In this document: positions 41,115-50,897 of the stretch, in pieces
Layout of the letters: each line of letters begins with the position of its first letter
Position numbering within the stretch: the first letter of the stretch is position 1
Assembly (NCBI GenBank): GCA_963772835.1
Contig: CAVYYZ010000002.1
Coordinates: 64,001-128,000 of the forward strand
Length of the DNA: 64,000 nucleotides
Direction: 5' to 3'
Origin: an uncultured delta proteobacterium
GTDB lineage: Bacteria > Desulfobacterota > Desulfuromonadia > Geobacterales > Pseudopelobacteraceae
Position numbers and translations under genes: made by a program
Notes under the pieces: generated by a model
Seen by the model: only the letters and a program-made list of their open reading frames with translations
The model's database searches: none
Told to the model about the DNA's origin: nothing

Positions 41115-42305
41115 CTACCCGACCTTTATGACGACGGATGCGGCGGTGTCACCGGCAGCGCAGCCTGAGAAGAGCAGGTAACCGCCTCCCTTCATTGCCA
41201 ACTCCTCGATGCCTTCAATGATCAGACGGGCACCGGTGGGTGCCTGGGGATGACCGTAGATCAGGGAGGAACCGTAGTTGTTCATGCTGTTGGCATCCAG
41301 CCCCATAACTTTCGCCATGGCGATGTCATTGGCGGCAAAGGGGTTGTGCGTCTTGATGGCGGCCAGTTCAGCAACCTTTATGCCGGCGGCATCAAGCGCC
41401 ATCTGGGCGGAAGGTGCCACTGCAGCGGCCATGTACGCCTTTTTGGTGCGGGCATAGCCGTAGGAAATAATCTGTACGGGGATATTCGCATCGGCGCTGA
41501 GTTCACGGGCCCTGTCGCGGGTGGTGACGGAGATGCCGCAGTTGCCGTCAGCTGGGTAGGTCTGAGTGCCGTAGGTCAGTACGCCGTCGGGGAGGACCGG
41601 CCTGAGTCCTGCAAGCCCTTCCCGTGTTGTGGCGGTGACCCCTTCGTCCGCCTCGAGCGTGATGATTTTTTTCTTCGAGATCGGCACTTCAACCGAAAAC
41701 ATGTATCGCTTCTGAAATTCGCGGTCGTTGGCCAGCGCGTCCTGATACTGTTCATAGCGGCGGACAGTGAGATCGTCGCACTCTTCGCGGGTTACGCCGT
41801 ATTCCCGGCTGACATTCTCGGCGGTCTGGATCATGGCGTCACCAGCCCAGGGATCCCTGTTGACGTTGTCCATAAACCAGTCTTCGGTGAGGACCTTGCC
41901 ACCGGGACCGCCCGGATTCGGCCAGACGGCGTGCGGCCCGTTGGAACAGCGATCCGCGAGGAGGCACCAGCTGTTCTCGAACAGCCCGGTTTCGACCCCC
42001 ATGGCAGCCTGAAAAATCGAAAATGCAGATGTGGAACAGGCCTGGGTGATAAGTACACCGGGCACTTTCTCTGCCCCCATCATGGCGGCAGCCCAGGGGC
42101 CACTGTAGAACCACTGTTGCTGGTAAACAGTGCTACCGACCATGACATATTCAATCATGGCAGGATCCCACCCTTTAGAGGCGAAGAAGCGCTTCGATGT
42201 GGCGGCACCCAATACAATTGAATGCTCATTGGAAAGGGTCCCCTGCCAGCGGGCAAAGGGGGTGCTGTAGTAACCACGGTACGGGATAAATGCTTTTGTT
42301 AACAT
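41115..42305 (-). CDS. Thiolase of the benzoyl-CoA pathway (BamN/BzdY-like)
   Basis: QACSTS, KTHNPFA, GHPQAPTG and GCAAGD, a divergent thiolase motif set typical of bam/bzd clusters. Confidence 0.8.
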   Translation of the reverse strand: MLTKAFIPYRGYYSTPFARWQGTLSNEHSIVLGAATSKRFFASKGWDPAMIEYVMVGSTVYQQQWFYSGPWAAAMMGAEKVPGVLITQACSTSAFSIFQAAMGVETGLFENSWCLLADRCSNGPHAVWPNPGGPGGKVLTEDWFMDNVNRDPWAGDAMIQTAENVSREYGVTREECDDLTVRRYEQYQDALANDREFQKRYMFSVEVPISKKKIITLEADEGVTATTREGLAGLRPVLPDGVLTYGTQTYPADGNCGISVTTRDRARELSADANIPVQIISYGYARTKKAYMAAAVAPSAQMALDAAGIKVAELAAIKTHNPFAANDIAMAKVMGLDANSMNNYGSSLIYGHPQAPTGARLIIEGIEELAMKGGGYLLFSGCAAGDTAASVVIKVG

Positions 42306-42331
42306 AGGATTGAGCTCCTGTTAAATGTATT

Positions 42332-43102
42332 TCAGCGGTCCAGCCATACGGCGGGACGCTTGGCAATGAAGGAGGTTAATCCCTCCATGGCATCATGGGT
42401 TGCCATCAGTTCGTCGAGGTACAGTTTTTCAACTCTGGCAAGCTTCATTCTGACTCGCTGCATCAGTTCGCCCCGGGCAGCCTGCACTGCAAACCGCAGG
42501 GTACTGGCGCTCAGCGGTGCCAGATACTGATCGAAATAGTCCAGCGCCGCCTGGTCCGGATCGTCTGCAACTGTGGTGACCAGTCCAATACGGAAGGCCT
42601 CCTCCGCGGTGATGCTCCGTCCGGAAAAGAGCAGATCTTCCGCCTGTGCCTGACCGATTCGCTCCGGCAGGAGGCAGGAGGCCGCCGGAGCAAATACCGC
42701 CAGCTTGACCTCCGGCTGCCCCAGCATTGACCCTGGCGCTGCGAAAATCAGATGACCGGCGGCAGCCACTTCGAGACCACCGCCCAGACACTGACCGCGG
42801 ACAGCTACCAGCACAGGCACCGGGCTTTCAACCAACTGCAGAATCAAGGCATGCAGCTGATGCAGCATTCCGGCACACGACCCGGGGAGATGTTCCTCCA
42901 CACTGGCACCGAAACTGAAATGCGGCCCTTCGGCCGACAGCAGCACACCACGCAGACCGGCGTGCGGCAGATGTTCCGCAAGCGCCTCCTGCAGCGCCGC
43001 GATCATGGCAGCATCGATAATATTGGCTTTTGGACGGGCCAGGGTCAGCCGAAGCAGTCGGCCATCGCGATCCAGTGATACATTGAGTGGCTGTTCATTC
43101 AT
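42332..43102 (-). CDS. bamR: Cyclohexa-1,5-diene-1-carbonyl-CoA hydratase (Dch)
   Basis: RPKANI, HFSFGASVEEH, GQCLGGGLE, FAPAAS and YLDELM.T.DA.EG. Follows had. Confidence 0.88.
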   Translation of the reverse strand: MNEQPLNVSLDRDGRLLRLTLARPKANIIDAAMIAALQEALAEHLPHAGLRGVLLSAEGPHFSFGASVEEHLPGSCAGMLHQLHALILQLVESPVPVLVAVRGQCLGGGLEVAAAGHLIFAAPGSMLGQPEVKLAVFAPAASCLLPERIGQAQAEDLLFSGRSITAEEAFRIGLVTTVADDPDQAALDYFDQYLAPLSASTLRFAVQAARGELMQRVRMKLARVEKLYLDELMATHDAMEGLTSFIAKRPAVWLDR

Positions 43103-43104
43103 GA

Positions 43105-44187
43105 TCAGACCCCTTTCCCGCCGGGAACCAGAATAGCGCGCCGGGTCAGTTTGTGAGCATGTGCAGCTGTAAAGACTTCATTGATCTCGTCAAGTGGATG
43201 CTTTTCTATGAAAGGAGCCAGAGATATCTTTCCGTCCAGAACCATGTCCAGCGCCGCCGGATAGAGTTCTGTCAGACAGCCCCAGTTGCCCAGAGCCCGG
43301 GCATGAAAAGCCATCAGGTTCGACAGGCGCAGTTCTATTTTATCCATGGTGAAACCGACAACCGACAGTGTTGCGCCGTAGGTAAGGAGGTTGTACGCCG
43401 CTTCCTGACCGGCTGCCGTACCCGAACATTCAAATATTTTCCATCCGGTTTCAGGGAGACCGTTCTCTTTCACAAAAGCCGTAATCGCCTTCTTCTGATC
43501 ACGCCCCTGCACCTGCCGGACATTGATCGTCAGGGCGGCTCCATAGTTCGCCATGTTGTCAAGTTTGGCCTGATCAACATCCAGAGCCACCACCGTGGCA
43601 CCGAACGCTCTGGCGATCTGGACCGCATAACCGCCGACTCCGCCGATTCCGACCACGATTGCAAGATCACCGGCTTTTACACCGGACTGAAGCGTCGCCT
43701 GGTACGGCGTGGTCACTGCATCAGCTACCACCGAAACATCCGCCAGCTGCAATCCTGCAGCGGCAAGGCGTTGCTCATCCACCGGACAGAGTCCGCGGGC
43801 AGGGACCCGGATATGAGTGGCAAATCCGCCCTGAATGTCGTTACCCGGCATCTGCTGTTTGCGACAGATCGTACCGTGCCCGGAAAGGCAGAGGGCGCAC
43901 ACACCGCACGGCACCACCGCAGGGATGATAACCGCTTTACCGAGCCATTCTTCAGTTCCCGGACCGGCAGCGACAACCCTGCCGCTGATCTCATGGCCGA
44001 GTGTCAACGGCAGTTCATGATTAAAACGCACACCGTCATAAAAATAGCCAAGGTCCGTGTGGCAGACTCCGCATCCTGCGACCTCAACCACCACCTCACC
44101 TGCAGCAGGCGGAAATGGCTCAAAATCATTTTTCACCATGGGTTCCCCCATGACCGTCATTGCCCAGCGATACGGTTGTTTTGTCAT
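43105..44187 (-). CDS. bamQ: 6-hydroxycyclohex-1-ene-1-carbonyl-CoA dehydrogenase (Had)
   Basis: Zn-ADH motifs CGVCHTD and LGHE, plus [16 protein letters not shown] and [17 protein letters not shown]. Confidence 0.9.
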   Translation of the reverse strand: MTKQPYRWAMTVMGEPMVKNDFEPFPPAAGEVVVEVAGCGVCHTDLGYFYDGVRFNHELPLTLGHEISGRVVAAGPGTEEWLGKAVIIPAVVPCGVCALCLSGHGTICRKQQMPGNDIQGGFATHIRVPARGLCPVDEQRLAAAGLQLADVSVVADAVTTPYQATLQSGVKAGDLAIVVGIGGVGGYAVQIARAFGATVVALDVDQAKLDNMANYGAALTINVRQVQGRDQKKAITAFVKENGLPETGWKIFECSGTAAGQEAAYNLLTYGATLSVVGFTMDKIELRLSNLMAFHARALGNWGCLTELYPAALDMVLDGKISLAPFIEKHPLDEINEVFTAAHAHKLTRRAILVPGGKGV

Positions 44188-44282
44188 ATATTCTCCTTGG
44201 TTGCTGCAGTTATCACCCGTTGACCCGAGTAATCAATTACGTTCCGGTCACGTTCAAGAAACCATCTCAGACATAAATTCAC

Positions 44283-44317
44283 GTAAACCGGTACTACAAT
44301 ACCATTTACATGTCAAG
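44283..44317 (-). promoter_or_regulatory. had/dch operon promoter: TTGACA -35 plus operator (site 3)
   Basis: GTA-AACCG-GTAC-TACAA-TAC at 44283-44302 and TGTCAA at 44311-44316. Confidence 0.75.
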
Positions 44318-44378
44318 CGTATAAAAAGAGGCTTTCAGCTGTAAAGGCTATTACATGGATTTCACTACCAGAGTCTGC

Positions 44379-45584
44379 TCAGACCCGTTCGATAATCAGT
44401 GCGATCCCCTGCCCAACGCCGACGCACATGGTGCAGAGGGCATACCGGCCACCGGTGCGCTGCAGATGGTACGTGGCGGTGGTGACGAGGCGCGCCCCGC
44501 TCATACCCAGTGGATGCCCTAATGCAATGGCACCGCCGTTCGGATTCACGTGAGGAGCGTCATCCGGCAGCCCCAGCCCGCGCAATACCGCCAGTGACTG
44601 GACGGCAAACGCTTCGTTCGATTCGATGATATCCATCTGTTCCAGCCTGAGTCCGGCCAGAGCCAGCACCTTGAGGGATGCGGGAACAGGCCCAATCCCC
44701 ATGATCCGTGGAGGGACGCCGGCCGACGCCATGGCGATAATCTTTGCCCGGGGAGTCAGACCATACTGTTGTGCCGCACCCTCCGATGCAATCAACAGGG
44801 CGCAGGCTCCGTCGTTGACCCCTGATGCATTTCCGGCGGTCACAGAGCCATGTGCTCTGAACGGTGTTTTCAGTGCGGCCAGATCCTCAAGGGTGCTTTC
44901 AGGGCGCGGGAATTCGTCGTGGTCGATTATCACGGCACTCCCTTTCCGCCGGGGTATGATGACCGGAATGATCTCGTCCCTGAAATTACCCGCGGCAACT
45001 GCCCGTGCGACCCTTTGCTGACTGCGCAGGGCATATGCGTCCTGGTCGGCGCGGGTGATGTTGTATTCGGCAGCCAGGTTTTCTGCTGTCTCAGGCATCG
45101 ATTCGATACCGTACTGATCCTTCATGAGCTGATTAGCAAAACGCCATCCGATGGTGGTGTCAAATATCTGGACGTCACGGGCAAAAGGGGCAGCTCCCTT
45201 GTTGAGGACATACGGCGCCCGTGACATGCTTTCCACTCCGCCTGCGATCAGCATCTGCGCCTCGCCCAGCCTGATCGCCCGTGCGGCTGAACCGACGGCA
45301 TCCATTCCTGAACCACAGAGGCGATTAAGGGTCACACCTCCCACGCTGACAGGAAGACCGGCCAGAAGGCCTGCCATGCGGGCGACGTTCCGGTTATCCT
45401 CCCCGGCCTGATTGGCACAGCCAAACATGACGTCGTCCACTTTTTCCCAATCGACTGACGCATTTCGCTCAATTAAGGCCTTTATGGGGAGTGCCGCCAG
45501 ATCATCTGTCCGGATACCGGCCAAACATCCGCCATAGCTGCCGATTGGTGTACGGACCGCATCACAGATATATGCTTCGCTCAT
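44379..45584 (-). CDS. pcaF: 3-oxoadipyl-CoA thiolase-like (PcaF/PaaJ) beta-ketothiolase
   Basis: GCANQAGEDNRNVARM, NRLCGSG, DTTIGWRF, NEAFA, GHPLG and CVGVGQG. Confidence 0.82.
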   Translation of the reverse strand: MSEAYICDAVRTPIGSYGGCLAGIRTDDLAALPIKALIERNASVDWEKVDDVMFGCANQAGEDNRNVARMAGLLAGLPVSVGGVTLNRLCGSGMDAVGSAARAIRLGEAQMLIAGGVESMSRAPYVLNKGAAPFARDVQIFDTTIGWRFANQLMKDQYGIESMPETAENLAAEYNITRADQDAYALRSQQRVARAVAAGNFRDEIIPVIIPRRKGSAVIIDHDEFPRPESTLEDLAALKTPFRAHGSVTAGNASGVNDGACALLIASEGAAQQYGLTPRAKIIAMASAGVPPRIMGIGPVPASLKVLALAGLRLEQMDIIESNEAFAVQSLAVLRGLGLPDDAPHVNPNGGAIALGHPLGMSGARLVTTATYHLQRTGGRYALCTMCVGVGQGIALIIERV

Positions 45585-45611
45585 AACGGTTCTCCTTCGT
45601 GATTATGAAAC

Positions 45612-45656
45612 CAATAAACAGGTAATCAAGTACTTCATTACCTGTTTATTGTCAAG
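45612..45656 (-). promoter_or_regulatory. pcaF promoter: operator (site 4) within a 40-bp near-perfect palindrome, plus TTGACA
   Basis: caataaacaggtaatcaagt|acttcattacctgtttattg (45612-45651) has one mismatched pair. Core GTA-ATCAA-GTAC-TTCAT-TAC. TGTCAA at 45650-45655. Confidence 0.78.
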
Positions 45657-45818
45657 CGCTCATATCACCCGGTCACGCAAACAGATCACGATTCAGCAGG
45701 TTCGCGACATACTGCGACGGACAACCGCTGGAGTACCATAAACCGGTTACATCGCTGAATCGTGTCCGACGGGATTTGTTTCACTCACGCGAAACCGTAT
45801 CCAACGGGTGCCCTTTGA

Positions 45819-46082
45819 CTATCTATGCTCATTCCGCTCAACGCGCCGTTCTTTAGTATGCTTTTTATTCTGCCCTTTGTGCTTTCCCCGGTCACTTTTA
45901 CGTCCATGCCGGCCCTCTTGTGCGATACCCCTCTCCCGTTCATTGACATGTACCTGTCGCACTGGTTGAGGAGACCCGACGCGAACAGATGCATTCGGGG
46001 TATTGACATCAATATTTACTGCGGCAGCGGAAAAAGTGACTGATGCGAGAACAAGAACAATACTACCGGCTACTCTTTTCAT
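45819..46082 (-). CDS. Small exported hypothetical protein with basic tail
   Basis: AAGGAG RBS, signal peptide and a DRGKHKGQ-type tail. Confidence 0.6.
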   Translation of the reverse strand: MKRVAGSIVLVLASVTFSAAAVNIDVNTPNASVRVGSPQPVRQVHVNERERGIAQEGRHGRKSDRGKHKGQNKKHTKERRVERNEHR

Positions 46083-46158
46083 AACTACTCTCCTTTTTTA
46101 AACGTGCCGGATCCGAACGGCAGAGAAAAACTGTTTCAAGATCTGAAGCAATACCCGG

Positions 46159-46707
46159 TCAGACTTCACCCGTGTATTCACCCCGGGCCGGATAATCCTT
46201 TGCGATGGCAAAGTCAATTGCCCCGAGCAGTTCCTGAAATTGCGGACGTGCAAACGGCATGGTTTGGACGGCACCGTAATACAGCGTCCCGTCCGGTCGA
46301 ACGATAAAAACTCCCGGTTCACTGAACAGAGCCGGTTCCTCAATTCCGATGGAGGTTTTGCCGCGTGACGCGCTTATGTAGAGTCCCCATTGGCGGGCAG
46401 TTTTCAGACTCAAGCCGTATGCAAATGTGACTGCACGTGCATTGACTTTTTCAGCCATCTGCCTGCCGCGTTCTTCATTGTCACTGCTGACAGCGATGAT
46501 CTTAACGCCGCGTTCGGCGAATTCAGATGCAAGGCGGCCAAGTTCAAGAAGATATTTGGCGCAGACCGGGCAGTGAAGGCCGCGATAAAAGACAACAAGG
46601 TCAAATCGTTCTCCCGGAGCTGCCCCGAGTACGAAGCGGCCTCCAGTGGCAACCGGAACGTTGAGTGCAGGGACGGGACAACGCGGCAATAGTGCTTGTA
46701 ATATCAT
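46159..46707 (-). CDS. AhpC/TSA family redoxin (peroxiredoxin-like)
   Basis: FYRGLHCPVC, EPGVFIV and MPFARP. Confidence 0.82.
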   Translation of the reverse strand: MILQALLPRCPVPALNVPVATGGRFVLGAAPGERFDLVVFYRGLHCPVCAKYLLELGRLASEFAERGVKIIAVSSDNEERGRQMAEKVNARAVTFAYGLSLKTARQWGLYISASRGKTSIGIEEPALFSEPGVFIVRPDGTLYYGAVQTMPFARPQFQELLGAIDFAIAKDYPARGEYTGEV

Positions 46708-46868
46708 TGAAGTATCCTTTCGGCCGGCGACCGGTTGGTAATAAGGCGCATAATGAAATTGGCAGGTGGATACCGGCTACGAACACGCCGTAATCAGAAA
46801 TAAACAACAGATTTTTACGTCAGGTTTCAGTTCGTGTCATCACACCGGTCTGTACCCCCGGAATGTTA

Positions 46869-47798
46869 CTACTTCGCTGCAGATGACACGATGTCAAGAT
46901 TGCCGCTTTGTGTCAGAATCCGGCCACCCTGCGGAGAATGTACAAAATCAGCGAATTGCCGTGCAACAGGCGTTATGCGGGAGGTTGTTACCAGATAAAG
47001 CGGCTTGAACAGCCGGTAACGCCCTGATGACACCGAAGTCAAATTGGGTACGGCACCATCAAATGCCAGCACTTTCAGCGGCAGTTTTTCAGTCGCAATT
47101 TGAGTAAGGGTTGAAGTTCCGATGGCTCCGGCAGTATTGGCCACGATTTCGACGCTCTCTCTGTCGGTCAGCGCAATTATCCTTCCCTTTCGATTTCTGG
47201 CAGATTTCAAAGCCTGGCTCATACCGGGCGATATAGCACTTATGATCACGGAGTCCGTATCTGTCTCGGGCCTCAGGATCAGACGTATGCGATTTCCGTC
47301 TGGCCAGCTTTGCATGGTGCCGGCATAGACACTCTCAAGTTCCTGCATCGACAAACCGCTCATACCAACTTTTTTATGCACTACAAACACGAAGGGGGTC
47401 CGGGCATATTCAACTGCGGATATTCCATTCACCCGCTCGTCACGGTTCAGGGCACTGCCGCTGATCGCGATGTCAAGCCTCCCCTGGAGCAGCGCCATGA
47501 CTCCGCCAGCACCGCCAAGATCTTGAATGATCTGCACCTTGGCTTCAGGATGAATCTTCTCGAACGCTTCTCCAAGCAGCTTCATCGTCCCAAGCCCGGT
47601 TCCTGTACCGCCGATTTTTATGATTTCCGCTGCATGTGCAAGGGCATTACATGGTGGTAACAGCGGCATTCCGACAAGGAGACACAATGCAACCGTTCCC
47701 GTTTTAAGTGCGCTGAAAATTGTTCCCCGGGCAATCCGGCAGGGGCCGAAAGTCGTTAATTTACGTGACCATTGTATCCAGGATACTAATGCAAACAT
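46869..47798 (-). CDS. PstS-like periplasmic substrate-binding protein
   Basis: IKIGGTGT, LGGAGG..AL..G.LDIA, IY/VY.G...W and ILRP motifs. Start moved to the ATG at 47798 (GGAG RBS) to avoid overlap. Confidence 0.7.
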   Translation of the reverse strand: MFALVSWIQWSRKLTTFGPCRIARGTIFSALKTGTVALCLLVGMPLLPPCNALAHAAEIIKIGGTGTGLGTMKLLGEAFEKIHPEAKVQIIQDLGGAGGVMALLQGRLDIAISGSALNRDERVNGISAVEYARTPFVFVVHKKVGMSGLSMQELESVYAGTMQSWPDGNRIRLILRPETDTDSVIISAISPGMSQALKSARNRKGRIIALTDRESVEIVANTAGAIGTSTLTQIATEKLPLKVLAFDGAVPNLTSVSSGRYRLFKPLYLVTTSRITPVARQFADFVHSPQGGRILTQSGNLDIVSSAAK

Positions 47799-47817
47799 TG
47801 CTGACTCCGGTTCAACG

Positions 47818-48882
47818 TCACAGGGCTTGCAGCCGTGAGCGGCTGATTCCCAGATCTTCTGCGACACACAGAATTTCTTCCCAGGTCACTTCATCCAGTG
47901 ATATTCCGTCTGCCGAGCGCTCGGCATATTTCTTTTGTTCCGGTTCACCGGCCACCATCACGCATTCACCGGCCACTGAAGCTGGTGAGTTTTTGACATG
48001 ACGAATAACAGCGTCTATTTCACTCTGCATCCAGTCATGCTCGACCAGCCTTCCGGGATCGACTACGAAGGTAAGCATATTGTTAATAATCCCCCCCCGT
48101 CGTACGTTTTCAGGCTGTATCGTGCCTCCACCGGTAAGAACACCGGCAAGCAATTCGCAGAAAAAGGCTAAGCCGTATCCCTTGTGTTCTCCGAAAGGAA
48201 GCAGGGCACCGGCCGGTTCACGGAACATAACGACGGGATCTGTCGTCGGTTCACCGTCGGAGTCAAGCAGTAACCCCTCCGCCATACGCTCCCCTTTGTT
48301 CATGGCAACCATCGCTTTGCCGCGGGCAATCCTGCTTGTTGCCATGTCAAGAAGAACAGCCGGGTTTTGTGCAGTCGCAGGCATCGCGATGCATATCGGA
48401 TTAGTTGAGATCCGGGCGTCCCGGCCGCCAAAAGGGGCAACCAGGGGCGGATGATCTATCACATTAACAAAATGCAGAGAAACCAGCCCCGCTGCGATGC
48501 TCTGTTCACCATAAGAACCTACTCGCCCGATATGATGGGCATTGCGGAGTGCCATGACAACAAGACCCGTTTCCCGGCACCTGCTGATGGCGGCCTCCAT
48601 AGCCTCAAAGGCGACACGCTGTCCATATCCTCTCTGCCCGTCAAAAACCATGATCGACCCATCATTCCGGATCAGCTTGGCGCTCGTGCCGGGAATCAAC
48701 AGCCCGGCTTGCAGGTTTTTGATGTACGTGGGAAGCATGATGGCGCCATGGCTGTCGTGCCCGGTCAGGTTGGCACGGACAAGGTGCTCTGCAACCAGAG
48801 CGGCTTCATACTCGTCACTGCCGGCCTGCTGCAGAATTTCCTGCAGCAGGCTTTTCATGTTCTGTCTGGAAATAATTTTCAC
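47818..48882 (-). CDS. Ldh_2 family 2-hydroxyacid dehydrogenase (YbiC/HcxB-like)
   Basis: GHDSHG, HHIGRVG, TNPIC, LDMATS and HKGYGL. Confidence 0.82.
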   Translation of the reverse strand: MKIISRQNMKSLLQEILQQAGSDEYEAALVAEHLVRANLTGHDSHGAIMLPTYIKNLQAGLLIPGTSAKLIRNDGSIMVFDGQRGYGQRVAFEAMEAAISRCRETGLVVMALRNAHHIGRVGSYGEQSIAAGLVSLHFVNVIDHPPLVAPFGGRDARISTNPICIAMPATAQNPAVLLDMATSRIARGKAMVAMNKGERMAEGLLLDSDGEPTTDPVVMFREPAGALLPFGEHKGYGLAFFCELLAGVLTGGGTIQPENVRRGGIINNMLTFVVDPGRLVEHDWMQSEIDAVIRHVKNSPASVAGECVMVAGEPEQKKYAERSADGISLDEVTWEEILCVAEDLGISRSRLQAL

Positions 48883-48894
48883 ATGTGCTCTATT

Positions 48895-50052
48895 CTATTT
48901 GAAGTCGGCGTGATCTTCCAGTTTCCATGTCCCGTTTTCAACTTTCATGAGAGACATGCCGAGCTGATTTACGCCGGAATGGTCGGTGGGTGACATTGTA
49001 AAAACCGACCCGGCACCTTTAAGCCCCTTCGTGCTTTCAATGGCATCACGCAATGCCGTCCGGAATTTTTCAGTGCCCGGTTTGCCTTTCTTAAGAGCCT
49101 TGGGCACCGCCGCCTCAACAATTTTCAATGCGTCCCAGGCCAGGGAGGCAAACATGGAACGCGGGCCGAATTTGGCTTCATAGGCTTTAATGAATTTGAG
49201 AGCCTCTACTTTGGTCGGATAGCCATCCGGTAGCTGCTCACCCACAACGACAGGAGGTGCAAGCATGAACGAGCCGTCCAGTGCTTTGCCGCCGACGCGG
49301 AGAAATTCGGCATTGGCAGCTCCGCCCGATTGATAGATTTTGCCTTTATAGCCGCGTTCGATCAGTGCGACATGGGGAAGAGCTGCCGGGGTACCGGAAG
49401 AAGCAATGAATATCGCGTCAGGGTTTCCCTGCATTGCATGCAGTACCTGCGCAGTAGCGCTGGTATCGGTCCGCTTGTATTTTTCAACCGTCAGTGTCTT
49501 GATCCCTTTCGGCTCGGAGAGGGCTTTGTACGCAGCGGTACTGACTTCTCCATATGCGTCATCCACCGCAATCACCGAAACAGTTTTGACTCCCTTCTTT
49601 ACCATATGATTGATCATTGCGGTAGCATAAACGGTTGTGTTGGCAGGAGCACTGAATATCCATTTACGTTTTTCATCCGATGCGGAGATGACAGCCGGTC
49701 CGGGTGAAAGCTGAATCATGGGGGTCTTGGATGCCGCCACCGCCTCAACTACAGCAGCAGAGGTCGGAGAGGTGCTGGGACCGATCAGCATATCAACCTT
49801 ATCTTCGGAAACCAGACGTTTAATGTTCTGAACGGCGGTAGTGGTGTCGGTGGCATCATCGTAGATGACGTAACGGACTTTCTGCCCGGCAATGACCGAC
49901 GGACCGAATGAGATGGCATTTTTTTCTGCTATGCCGAGAGAAGCCGCCGGGCCGGTCGAGGAAAGGTTTACCCCAATTGTAATCTCCGCCTGGGCTGTGG
50001 CGCCTGTTGCCATAACTGCACACATACTGATACCTGCCAGAAACTGTTTCAT
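48895..50052 (-). CDS. HAAT-family ABC substrate-binding protein (aromatic acid/CouP-like)
   Basis: Signal peptide, S.TGPAASLG, DDATD, DAYGE and SGTPAALP. Confidence 0.8.
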   Translation of the reverse strand: MKQFLAGISMCAVMATGATAQAEITIGVNLSSTGPAASLGIAEKNAISFGPSVIAGQKVRYVIYDDATDTTTAVQNIKRLVSEDKVDMLIGPSTSPTSAAVVEAVAASKTPMIQLSPGPAVISASDEKRKWIFSAPANTTVYATAMINHMVKKGVKTVSVIAVDDAYGEVSTAAYKALSEPKGIKTLTVEKYKRTDTSATAQVLHAMQGNPDAIFIASSGTPAALPHVALIERGYKGKIYQSGGAANAEFLRVGGKALDGSFMLAPPVVVGEQLPDGYPTKVEALKFIKAYEAKFGPRSMFASLAWDALKIVEAAVPKALKKGKPGTEKFRTALRDAIESTKGLKGAGSVFTMSPTDHSGVNQLGMSLMKVENGTWKLEDHADFK

Positions 50053-50111
50053 ACCATACCTCCTGTTTTTTAGGTGGTCCCAAAGAACGCACCGGTTTCA
50101 CTGCTTCTGCA

Positions 50112-50897
50112 TCATTCGCGGCTGTTTTCCATGCTTCGCGTACTGTTCACACTTCCTGATTCCTCTCCGCCCCCTCCGATCCCGAGGTAACTCTCAATGA
50201 CTCGCGGATTGTTCGCAAGTTCACTGCTCGGTCCTTCCAGAGCAATTTCACCGTTTTCAAGAACGTATCCGTAGTCTGAGATCTGCAGAGCCGCACGCGC
50301 GTTCTGCTCTATCAGCAAAATGCTCACCCCGGTGGATCGCAGATCGCTTATGGTGTGCAGAATTTCTTTTACGATGAGCGGTGCCAGTCCCAGGCTCGGC
50401 TCATCAAGCATCAGCAGGGTCGGCTGGCTCATGAGAGCACGCCCCAGAGCGAGCATCTGCCTCTCGCCGCCGGAAAGACAGCCGGCAACCTGTGTGCGAC
50501 GCTGCTCCAGCCGGGGAAACAACTCAAACACCGTACCCAGGCTTTTCCGGATCCCCTTGTCGCCACGCCGGTACCGTATAAATGCTCCGAGTTCCAGGTT
50601 GTCTTCCACTGACATCTGCGAAAAAAGCTCCCGCGTTTCAGGGACCAGGCAGAGTCCCTGTGCAACTCTTTGTTCAATACTTACGTTTCCCATATCGATT
50701 CCACAGAATTCGATTGTTCCACGGGAGGGGAGCACACCCATAAGTGCATTCAGCAGGGTCGATTTTCCGGCTCCATTAGGTCCGATAACACTTACAATGG
50801 TACCTCTGTCAACCGTGAGCGAAGCACTGTAGAGTGCTTCGACTTTTCCGTAGCAGACATTCAGGCCGCTCACGGTGAGAAGTCGTTCCGGCATCAC
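50112..50897 (-). CDS. ABC transporter ATP-binding protein (LivF-like)
   Basis: GPNGAGKS, LSGGERQM and LDEPSLGLAP. Confidence 0.88.
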   Translation of the reverse strand: MMPERLLTVSGLNVCYGKVEALYSASLTVDRGTIVSVIGPNGAGKSTLLNALMGVLPSRGTIEFCGIDMGNVSIEQRVAQGLCLVPETRELFSQMSVEDNLELGAFIRYRRGDKGIRKSLGTVFELFPRLEQRRTQVAGCLSGGERQMLALGRALMSQPTLLMLDEPSLGLAPLIVKEILHTISDLRSTGVSILLIEQNARAALQISDYGYVLENGEIALEGPSSELANNPRVIESYLGIGGGGEESGSVNSTRSMENSRE

